Below are positions 48,901 through 60,900 of a stretch of 64,000 nt of DNA, in pieces. The notes below the pieces were generated by a model. It did not search any database, was not told the origin of the DNA, and saw nothing but the letters and a program-made list of their open reading frames with translations. Both the position numbers and the translations under genes were made by a program. The stretch is from Octopus sinensis (lineage: Eukaryota): assembly GCF_006345805.1 (NCBI RefSeq), contig NC_043000.1:132122001-132186000 (forward strand), given 5' to 3'. The first letter of the stretch is position 1, and each line of letters opens with the position of its first letter.

Positions 48901-51900
48901 ATCACAGCCAAAGCCTGATGACTGTATGGCTAAACTGTAAGAAAGAATTTGATTATTCCTCACTCAAGGATAATAGATTCAAGACATGCTGAAGTTCCAA
49001 CATCTATAATTAATGCCATTAAGAGGCCTACAACAACATGGTCCTCAGGGATATCAATAAGAACTAAAGCTACCTCTTTAGTCATGAACAATAATTAGGC
49101 TATCAACAGGAATATTTCAGGGCGATAGCTTATCTACAATGTTTTTCATCCTATCAGTGAAACCTTTTTCTACCCCGTTAGGCAATACAAAGGCTGCTTG
49201 ATAAGATTTTCACTTGAAAGAAAGATCAATGTTACTCACACATTTTTGGCCTTAAACTGTATTTGAGAAATATACATGAAACCAAGAGACAATTAGAATT
49301 GATTACAATATTCTCATGGGACATAAATGGAGTATGGTTAGCTGGGGTGCCTGAGGGGCATGTTCCCCGCTCAAGAAAAGAAGTGCACCCTTCTAAATAA
49401 TGTTATTACGCCCTTTTCTCCTGGAATTGTATTCCCTTCTGACCTTGTGCCCTCCCATCGAAAAATTCCTGGGACTGCACCTGGTTAGGACAAGTGTTCA
49501 TATTTGATAGTCAAATGAAGAAAGATTATCAACCAGGCAAATAATCATCATCATCAAATGTTTTAAATGCTGGTTTTGTCCCCATTGACGGGGTTGGCCA
49601 GATCTACCTTAATGCCATAGCAACTGCCCTCACACCACCTTGCCATTTTGCCTGGTTTTGGGTGTCCTTCTTTTTCAAGCCAACCCTCCTAATCTCCTCC
49701 TCCACCTTTTCCTCAGTCTACCTCGCTTTTGCGCTCCATTTACCTCAAATGCAATCACCCTCCTCAGAACATACTCTTCGTTCATCCTCAACACATGCCC
49801 ATACCACCTCACTCTATTTGCCCTTGCCAACCATTCCTCAAATCCTCCAACCCCAGCATCCCCATCAAATCCTCAATCCCCCTCTTATCAAACAGCTTTA
49901 ATCCACACATTTCTCTCACTATTGCTCTCCTAGTCCTTCTCAAAATTGCCATCTCTCTCCCCCTCACACACCATGTCTCACTCCCATACAGCATTGCAGC
50001 TCTCACGCAATGCTTACAGACCCTTCTTTTCATTTTTAATGAGAACATTTTCCCATATAACAATGCTCCACATTCCCTGGACTTCACCCAGCTAAGTTTT
50101 GCTCTTGCTGTCAGCTTCTTCACATCCACCACTTACATCCACCCTATCTCCCAAATAACAAAACCCTCTCACCATTTCCACCGCATCACATAGCATTTCC
50201 ACTGGTTCCGCCAGCCTCTACTACTTCTTCCTGACTAATCCTCTCCACTGGCCCCCTCAACTACAGCAACTTCCATTCTCTGATTCCATTCATTCTCCTC
50301 GTTCATAATTCCATTCATTCTCCTCGTTCATAATTCCCTCCATATGCTCCTTCCAAATTCTTCCCCTGTCCTTCTCACTAAAATTCAACCTTCCATCATT
50401 CCCCCTCATGCATCTTCCCAATTCAATATCTCTTCCATCTTTTTACATTGATTTAATAACCCTAAACACACTATCCACTATCTGGGTTCTCACCCAGCCC
50501 ACTCAACCTCTCCTCAGCCTCTTTCCTCATAGATCTCGCGACCACCCTCTTTGCATGATTCTTCATGTTGCTCAGTCCTATTATTACATAAAGCTTCTTC
50601 CTCACTATTGCATCCCTCACCTCATTCCACCACTACATATCTCCTCGATCTTTCCTACTTTTCATCCTTCCACATACTTCGTCAGTACACCTTCTTTAAA
50701 AGACCTCCACAAATCAGATGCATCAATGCTTACCAACTCCCCAGTTCTCTCCTCAAACCTAGTTCTTGTTTCTTCTTCCTTCAGTTTTCACACCTTTCAC
50801 CTCTCAACCATTCCCTTTCTCACACACTTTTTAACTTTCCTCTTATCCAAGTCAGTAACCACCAACCTGTGCTGCAACTCCCCTGGTATTGTCTTCACAT
50901 CTCACAGATATTTTCTGTTTTTCCTGCCAACCAACACAAACTCAATCTCTGTCTCATTCCCTCTTGCACTGAAAGTCACCTTCCTTTTCTCTGTTTTCCT
51001 AAACCACTTGTTCGTCACACACAACTCTTTCTTATCACAAAACTCCAGCAGTATCCTTCCTTCTACATTTCTCTCCCCAATTCCGTTTCCTCTATACACA
51101 CCCTCAAAGCCCTGGATCCATTTCTCAACCTATCTATTAAAATCATCCATGCCCAAAACCAATTCATCCACCTTATGTAAATCCCACTCATTTGTCATTT
51201 CATCAAAGAACTGCTCTTTCTCAACGATCCTTCTTCCACTTTACAGACCACACTCACAAATCACCCTTGCCACTTCTTCCTCAAATGCTAACACTATTGT
51301 CATCACTCTGTCACTCTTTCTCCTGACCTCCACCACCTTCTCACAGATTTCTTCCTTCACCAAAACTCCTACACCCCCATAATATGGATGCCATTGGCTT
51401 CTCTATCTCTCTTATTACCAGTGATGAATGTTACAGCTACATTGGAATCATTGAGAATATTGCATATATTGGTGCTGTGAGTAAATAAAAAATGACTAAA
51501 GAATACTTTCAGCAGACTTTGGAAAGCATATTAATCAGAGTTGTCCAGCTACATAGTTACATGCAGATCCACCAAAGTTACAGGTAGATAATCACCCCAA
51601 GGGATTACAATAATAAATATGAGCCAACAAGGGAATCTTTGTGATTGTTTGACCTGCAAGAAATAGCAACCAAATCTTTGTCAAATCACTTTCTACCATC
51701 TCAGAAAAGGAAGGGCACATGGCACACTGGACAATTTAGTCTTAGATATACATGAAGTCAAGAAGGAAAATGGATGGAATACCTTTGATTTAGATCCAGG
51801 GCTGACCTGGATCTAAACAACAAGAATATATATAAAATGTGTAATCATCCAACCAATAGTAGCATTTAAATAAAACAGTCGTTTGAAACAAAAAAATAAT

Positions 51901-54900
51901 AAATAAATGAACCAACCTCTTTGTTGACTAGGTAATCCAATAGGCACAACAATTTTGCGTACCAGAAACTCAGAGCGGAGTCCATATGGACCAATATCAC
52001 GCCTTTTCAATAACTCTGTCGTCGTTATCTCCGTTTCAGTGGAAACAGTGTTTGTGCCACCGGCAGGTGTCTTCACAGACATGTCATCCCACCGAAGACA
52101 TACCCAGAGAATCCGTAGCTGCAGACCAGCTGCTGCGAGGGATTTGAGAGTTTGCGTGCGATATCGCCATGCAGATTTGAAAGAAGGTCGTGGACACTGA
52201 TAAATCCAATTCACATTGTTCATTTTGCAGTTATAATTAAAACCAGAAGCTTCCATATTACCACCTTTCCGTGCTAGTCGTTTCAGTTCATGACTTTCTA
52301 AGACAAAAATACTTTTTGATTTGCTAGGAGTTTGAAATTTCTGACATACTGGCAAACTACTTTTACGTAACATTTTGGTCCGTTTACCAATTTTGGAAAA
52401 TTTTGGCAGCCTAAACTTATCTTTTGTAGTTCTTATAGGTGGCATCTTAGCCTTCAATTCATCAACAGTCATAGCAGCTAATGCCTGTCTGGCAGCTATT
52501 TGTGCTGGTGTCAAGGCAGGTGCTACGGCTGGTTTCGCAGTGAGTAGTTGTGCTACAGTACTGTTGCTGGCTACAGTGCTGATCTTCCTGACAGGAGTAC
52601 TCTTCTGTTCGGCAGTTACAGGTGTAGCTTTAGCAATTGTCAACCCACCAGCCTGGAGAAGTGATATGTCCGAAGAAAGTTTAGCAGGAAGTAAACTTTT
52701 GCCAACTAATCCATCAGAGAGTTGTTTAGTTGTATTTTCTGAATTAACCAAAAGAGATTTAGAAGTGTTTTCTTTATCCCCTTCCACATCAATTTTTTCA
52801 TTCCCATGGTCAACAGTGGAAGAATCACTTTTTTTACCATTGACTACAACAGGTTTCGCTGGTGTTTTATCTACACTGGCAGTCTGTAGTGGAGCAGATT
52901 TTGTAAGAGAATTTGAAGTAGGTGTTGTAAAGACTACCATGGCAGGGCTAGATGTTGCAGTTGATATTGCCACTGGAACTTTAGTCCCAGGAATAGCCAC
53001 CTGTGTTGGAGTCAAAGAAGCTGTATTATTAATTGAGTTATTCAAAGAGTCTTTTGATACAATAGAGATTGGTATGGCAGAGACAGTTGATGAGGTAGTA
53101 CCTAAAGTGATCGTTGGTAGTGAAGATGTTGCAAGTGTCACAGGGATGGTACGAACGGCTGTTGCTGCTAATGATACAGGAATGGTGCATTTTGGAGATG
53201 GAGTGATTGCTGTGGGAGCAGAGGGTGTTGTGACAGCTGTTGTTTGAATGGGCGAGACAGTTGACCGTGTTGTAGATATGGCTGTAGGGGTTGCTACTAA
53301 TGATACTGCAGTAGCGGTGGTAGATGCTGGTGCTGTAACAACAGATGATGTAGCAGATATTGATGGAGTTGACGGTGAAGCTGTTGTAGCAGCAGTTACA
53401 ACTGTTTTAATCAAAGAACTAGTAGGAGTACTGGTAAGAACAATAGCTGGTGCAGCTGCACTAGTAACAGTTTTTACAAGTGTATTTGGCATTGTTACTG
53501 CAACAGTTTTTACAAGTGTGGTTGGTGTTGTTACTGCAATACTTTTTGCAAGCGTAGTTGGTGTAGTTACTGCAACAGTTTTTGCAAGCGCAGTTGGTGT
53601 TGTTACTGCAACAGTTTTTGCAAGTGTAGTTGGTGTTGTTACTGCAACAACTTTTGCAAGTGTAGTTGGTGTTGTTACTGCAACGGTTTTTGCAAGTGCA
53701 GTTGGTGTTACTGCAACAGTTTTTGCAAGTGTAGTTGGTGTTGTTACTGCAACAGTTTTTGCAAGTGTAGTTGGTGTTGTTACTGCAACAGTTTTTGCAA
53801 GTGCAGTTGGTGTAGTTATTGCAACAGTTTTTGCAAGTGCAGTTGGCGTTGTTACTGCAACAGTTTTTGCAAGTGCAGTTGGCATAGTTACTGCAACAGT
53901 TTTTGCAAGTGCAGTTGGCGTAGTTACTGCAACAGTTTTTGCAAGTGCAGTTGGCGTTGTTACTGCAACAGTTTTTACAAGTGTATTTGGTGTTGTTACT
54001 GCAACAGTTTTTGCAAGTGCAGTCGGCGTAGTTACTGCAACAGTTTTTGCAAGGGCAGTTGGTGTTGTTACTGCAACAGTTTTTGCAAGTGCAGTTGGCA
54101 TTGTTACTGCAACAGTTTTTGCAAGTGCAGTTGGCGTTGTTACTGCAACAGTTTTTGCAAGTGCAGTTGGTGTTGTTACTGCAATAGTTTTTGCAATTGT
54201 AGTGGGTGTTGTTAATGCAACAGTTTTTGCAATTGTAGTGGGTGTTGTTAATGCAACAGTTTTTGCAAGTGTAGTGGGTGTTGTTACTGCAACAGATTTC
54301 ACCGATGTAGTTGATGTTGTTAGTGCAACAGTCTTTACCAATGTCGTTGGTGTAGTTACTGCAACAGTCTTTGCAGGTTGAGCATTTGAAGTTACAGCCT
54401 GTTTATTATTTCGACAAAATGGAGAGTAGCAGGAAGATTTGATGGCAGTTTCGTTAGTTGCAGCCTTTTGCAATCGGCATGATACGCAATAGCAGCAATA
54501 CTTCAGAGTCAATGACTGTTTTGTAACATTCACATTTTCTTGAGAATTTTTTGCTTCTTGTTTTAACAAAGCTGCTGCAGCAGGTGTGAGAATTTTTACC
54601 TGTGAATTAGCTGGTTGTAATTTCAATTTAAATGCAATTTGTTGTTCTATGGCTTGTCTCTGCTTTTTCTCCATTTCATCACATTTTAAACGCCGTTCGA
54701 GAAGGGAGTCTAGTTTAGAAAATGGCTTCACTAATTTAGGATAATACATTTTCTTCTGAAATGCATCAGAAACATCAATAACGTCAACACCTATTTTAGG
54801 TGGAAGACTAGTATAAGGAGGAAATGAGAACAAATGTTGATTCATTCTAATATAGTCATCAGATTTTATATCAGGATCATCATCAACTTCCATTTTATTA

Positions 54901-57900
54901 TCCTTAATAGTTGTATCGGTGACTACTTTATCTTTTGTTTCAGATTCTTTCTCAATATCCTGTATTGGCTTTTTAGGAGACACCAATGGCAATTCAGATC
55001 GTTTTTCATCTTTACATGTGTTAACTTCCACTTTGGGATCAGACCTAATTCCTGATTCTTCTTTTAAATCAATTTCTTTCTTTTCAGTTGGCTCAACTTT
55101 TATTTTACTTCCATCAACCTCCATTTTTTTAACTTCATTAATTGCAGAACTGTTTTGGCTTTCTGACTGTTGTCCATTTACATCCATTCCTTCATTACTT
55201 ACCTCCTCATTTTCTTTCTTAGCAATCTTTGATGGTCTTACAAAATTTGACTCAATTAATTTCCGTTTACGTGCTCGCAGTTTAACTGAAACAGCTCGCA
55301 ATCCGACAGTATCCATAGGAACTATGTTATAGACTCGTGTTGACCCAATCCACAACCATCCATGACAGCCAGTAATTCTGTACTCTTCTCCTTTTTGTTT
55401 CCAGACCTGAACAGAAACAATAAAACAAATATTGAAGTCCACATAAAATCATTGACATATAAGTAGTCATTGGGGCAGGTTGCCTAAAAGTTTATGAAGT
55501 GAAAAGTCAAAAGTACGATCACGAAGAGCCATAAGTTATAAATGGGCAATGTAGAGAGTAATAAGCTGAAGAATAAAGCTTAATATAGAATCAAGGAAAT
55601 AATCAAAGAGCCCAGGATTCACTGCTCATTAAACTATGAAGGGTAAACTGATAAGGCATTGACCACTCTCTGACAGATTTGTGGTTGAACCTGTGGCAGA
55701 GGAGTCCTCTGGCCTTCTTGGCTCCCAAACTACATCTCTTCTCACTGCTATTGAAGCAGGGATGGATATCTGCAAGTGGGAGCTCCATGAGTTGGAGTAG
55801 CTGTTCCAGCATGTCTCCCTAGCTATCCACCAGGACAATGAAGCAGACTGATAAGTCTTATGTCTCCTAAATGTGTCCATTAGCTCACCATTCAATAAAG
55901 AATCAAAGAGAAGATAAAATGGAAAAAAGACCAACAAGAAAAGTTATATGTGAAAGAAAAAAAGAAAGAGAATGAGGAAACTGGTGGTGGTCCGTGTCAG
56001 CAAATATTATGCAGAGAACTTCAAGAGTTTGAATTCAAATACCACAGGGCTGATCCTATATCTGAGAGTAAAGAAATTCAAACATTACTTTACAAGTAAA
56101 CTGCCCACAAAAGATGATTAAAAAAAAATAATAAATGACCAGTTTAACTATGCTGGATGAGTTAATCAGGTTATAAAAATGCATATGTGTAAGCATCTTA
56201 AACCAACATTATCTGACATATAACACTTAAAGTAAGATTTTATTTCAATAGGGTAGTTCAAAATTTTCACAGATTTATTTTCATTCTGGCCACCTTATAC
56301 TGACAGTTGAATGGGCTTATCAACCATACAATTAAAAACAGACCTAGCAACAAGAATATTAATATTTTAAGAAATGACAGAAACAAATCTTAGTAGGTAA
56401 CAAAATAGTTTGTATAAACTTACTTGATGCTTGAGGCCTAAAGGATATTTAATCCAGACAAGCCTACTTGGGTCATCTTCCTCTTCTTTTCTTCTACGCT
56501 GTTCTTTTTCTTTTTTCTTCATCTCTTCTCGATCCATTGCAGTTATTTTTTGCAAACGATGATGTCCTACAACGAAAAGTATGAGGCTTTGTTAGGATTA
56601 CATATTATTTTCTAAACTTTAAAACAAATAAAAATATTGGAGCATAGATAAAGTCAATAATTGTATTAAGAAAAAAAAAGGGTAGTTAAATATTTTAGTC
56701 TTTAAATATAAATAATGTTTAAAAAATTAAGTAACAACTTCTTTTTTTTCAATAAATGAAGTTATCAAAACTTTATATTTGGAATTTCAGTTTATTTTTT
56801 TTACACTTTTTAATACTTGTCTCCGTGCTGGTGGCACGTAAAAAGCACCATCCGATCATGGCCGTCTGCCAGCCTCGTCTGGCACGTAAAAAGCACCCAC
56901 TACACTCTCGGAGTGGTTGGCGTTAGGAAGGGCATCAAGCTGTAGAAACACTGCCAGATCAGACTGGGCCTGGTGCAGCCTTCTGGCTTGCCAGACCCCA
57001 GTTGAACCGTCCAACCCATGCTAGCATGGAAAACGGACGTTAAATGATGATGATGATGATGATGATGAATACTTAATTTTGCAATTTTCAATGGAACACC
57101 TAGCTACATGTTGTGGGACACAAAGTACACTGCAGCACATTGTTTGGAAACAACTAGGAAAGCAATTATATTTTATATATAATTATATAAAAGTAAAAAA
57201 TTCTTAATAATGTTAAGAAGACCATAAACTAATTCCCCAACACACATACACACAAATATAGCAGAGTGGTGAAGAAGTTCATTTTACAATCATACAGATC
57301 AAGGTGTTGCACATGTCTTCTACTAAGGGCAAGTGTCTTCTACAAAGCTTCAGGCTGGCCAATACCAATATCTTGTATGTGGAATTTGGTAATCAAACAC
57401 TACTAAAACATGTTGTGTTTGTGTGTATATGATTGTGGTAGTGGTGGGAGGTTGTATGTGTACATGCTTATATTTATGTTCTGTCTCTTTACATCTTGTT
57501 ACTTAGTGAAGGTAGTGCTCCAGTATGGCAGCATCCTGTAACTGAAACCATATAATCATTTCTTTTCCAAACTGGCTTGCTTCTTGGAACCCTCCATGCT
57601 AGTAGCTTAAAGTCACTAATAAGTAACTTATGCTATGGGGTACATACATCCTTCTCCAGAGAAGGTCTTCTACAGAGATGCTGTTTGGCAACAAGTATAG
57701 CAATGAATTCAGGGTACATGTAGGAGTTCACTAAGGAACAATCCTAAGATCCCTCTTGTTCATTATAGTCCTCCAGGCAATAACAGAGGAACTTAAGATG
57801 GGCTGCCTCTAGGAGCTCCTCTGTGCTGATGTACTTATTCTTATAGCTGAATCACTAAAAGAACTAGAGAAGAAATTTCAGGTGTCGAAGCAAGGTCTAG

Positions 57901-60900
57901 AATCAACAAAAACCAAAGTCTTAAGAAGTAGGAAAGTGGACAAATCACAAATCCCTTCAGGTAGATGACCCTGCTTGATCTGTAGAAAAAGCATAGGTAG
58001 AAACTCCATAAGATGTACCTGGTGTAAGCTATGGACACATAAGAGGTGCAACATTATCAGGGGAAGGTTAACAGAGAAAATAGTTTTTGTGTGTGGAAGG
58101 AGCACAGGTACAATAAACACTAAAAATGTACAGAAAATAGACTCCATCAAATACCAAGGGAGAAATCTACATTCTACTTGCCTGTATTTTCCCTCCAATA
58201 AGAAACCAACATTAACTTAACTTACTTTTATCCTACCCAAACTATAAAAGAGATTAAAAAAGTTGGAGCAATATTCTTCTCTCCTAGACTAATTGATAAA
58301 AAACAAAATAGATATTTAGCCAGTAGTTGAACTTGAAAATGTGGAAATATTAATCAAGAGAAGTGAAGCATGGAAATTTCAATAATTCATTCGATTTCAA
58401 TTCACTGTAGTGATTACTCCTATCTGGTGCTAACATTTATTTGCTGTGATCATTTGTTAGATTTGTTTCTTTAACCAGCTTCCCTCAACACCCTTAATAT
58501 TTTAATCAAGTCAATAGAGTCTTACAGTGATACAAGCAGATTTGTGTTATCGCTAACATTTTTTTGACAATGTTAGTGGGCAGTAATACAAAGTTTTTAA
58601 AATATTTAATTGTGCTTTTGTAAGAAACATTATTATTAATAAAAAAAAAACATAAATTACTCACCAAGAGATTCAGTCCAGACAGGGTTAAAGAGCACTG
58701 GCTTGATACAAGCCTCAAGAATTGCTAGTGCCAATGCGAAGTCTTGTGGATTTTGACACATATGTACCGCTTTTTGCCAGTTTTGGCGATGTATTGCCCA
58801 ATTAGGATGCAGGAATGGTGTGGGTAGATTGCTTTCCAATTGTGTGATACTTAGCCTAAGTGTGGAAATAGTCAGTATACGGTTGCCATAAAGACTACCA
58901 TTCCATTTAAACTCACTCACAGGAGTAAGACTAAACTTATGTGACAAAAACCGTTTTTTATCTCTCTCCTCATTATGCTGATGCTTATTTAAAGCTAATG
59001 CATTACTACTATATTGATTAATAAATGACTTGTAATTGTTTTCCATTCCTGCAAGTAAAACAGAATAAAATTTCAGATGATGAGGATTCCATGCCACAGC
59101 AGAACTATAAAACTGTTTCTAGAACATCAGGATGTACACGATGTTACATTTATGGTAGCTGTGAATTTATGTGCAATCAGATTACTTAAGACAGACTGAT
59201 ATAGAATAGCATTTAGAGAATTTACGAATAAAAAAAATAATAATTAATTAACTAAAAACAAATTTACAAGATTTACAACTTAAAAAAAAAAAAAAAAAAA
59301 GCAAATGCAGAATTCTAAAATACTTAAATCAGAAAAACATTAAAAAAGAGTTTACCTAATTTAAAGTATCCTGAACAAGAGTTTACAGCACTAGATTTGC
59401 TGCGTGTAACCCTGGTAACTTCTCCTTCTTTATTAATTAGCAGGACATCATCTGAGTTGGGAGTGCGGCTAATCTTTAAAGAACCACTAGTGATAGAATC
59501 ATTAAACTGCTTGGGCGTTAATGACCCTGTTTTAGAACGAGTTACAATTCTTCTAGTTTCTGAAAGAAGAACAACAGAACGGTAATAATTTAAATAATCA
59601 CAATTTTTTTTTTTATTGCATGACAGTAGTATTAATTATAATAAAAAAAAAAAAACCGAATGACGATGATGTTGCTTTCTACTATTGGAGCAAGGCCTGA
59701 AATTGTTTTTGGTGGAGTGGGTAGCAATTACATCACCCCAGTGCTCAACTGGTACTTATTTTATCAACCCCAAAAGGCTGAAAGGTAAAGTCAATCTCAG
59801 CAGCATTTGGTCCAGCATGCTAACAATTCTGCCAGGTTGTTGTCTTTATAAATAAATAATAATAACCCTTTCTACTACAGGCACAAAGCCAGCAACTTTG
59901 GGGGAAGGGATAAGTCGATTACATCAACCCTAATACTTGACTAGTGCCTACTTCATCAACCCTGAAAGGATGAAAGGCAAAGTCGACCTCAGCGGAATTT
60001 GAACTCAGAACATAAAAACAGATAAAATGTTAAGTATTCTGCCTGGATTGCTAGTTTATCATTATTTTTATTATTAATAATAATGATAATGATGATAATA
60101 ATAATAATAGCAGCAGCAGCAGTAGTATTAGTAGTAGTAATAATAATAATAATAATTTCTACTAAAGGTACAAGGCCTGAAATTTTGGAGGAGAGAACTA
60201 GTTGGTTATATCAATCCTAATGTTTAACTGGTATTTAATTTATCAACTCCGAAAGGATGAAAGATAAAGTTGACCTTGGCGGAATTTGATAATAATGATA
60301 ATTATTTTACAACTGCACTCCATGCTAGGTTGCAAGGGTCTGCTCACCTGGATGGGTAACAAGGTCCTTATCCTGCTTGCATTTCACTTTGGTTTCTATG
60401 GCTGGATGCCCTTTCTAACACCAACCACTTTAAAGAATGTACTAGGGATTTTTTATACAACCAGCACTAGAGAGGTGTTATGTCCTCAACAAGATTCAGG
60501 GATCTTCACAACCTCTGTAAACCATCCAACTCATGCCAGCATGGACAACAGATATTAAACGATGAAATGATGATGATGATGACAATGATGATATATACAT
60601 GTATGTATATATATCTGTGTGTGTGTGTGTGAAACAGAATAATATATTTAAAGAAATTTGAAATAGTTAACATTTTTTAAAAATCTGACTAAGAATATGA
60701 AAAGAAACATTAAAATTTCACAGCTTTCTGAATTTCCAGACAGAGAGGTCTCAAACTGAAATGTAGGAGACAGTGTTAAGTATTAAGTTATTAGTATCTT
60801 CAAACAAAATATTACCCGTTTCTGATTTTTCTGCTTGCTTCTTATCCTCGTCATCAATAGAGTCTACAGGTTTTGGAGGAGCCATTGAGCCACTTAGGGA

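Noticed and set aside
50408-51382. 324-aa and 209-aa plus-strand ORFs
   Set aside because: Antisense to a purine-rich RTE endonuclease region; no recognisable protein
51813-51916. ORF extension past the giant-exon donor (a truncated NURF301-C-like isoform)
   Set aside because: AT-rich, intron-like hydrophobic codons and no supporting poly(A) evidence seen; needs RNA data
52375-54381. Nearly 2-kb antisense ORF pair (290 aa and 377 aa)
   Set aside because: Shadow of the BPTF exon. Stops in this frame need Tyr, His or Gln codons on the sense strand, which are rare in the Thr/Ala/Val-rich region.
57972-58103. Idea that the LINE PHD was captured from the host BPTF PHD
   Set aside because: Different spacing (CxxC versus CxC start), no evident sequence similarity, and opposite strand; the co-location looks coincidental
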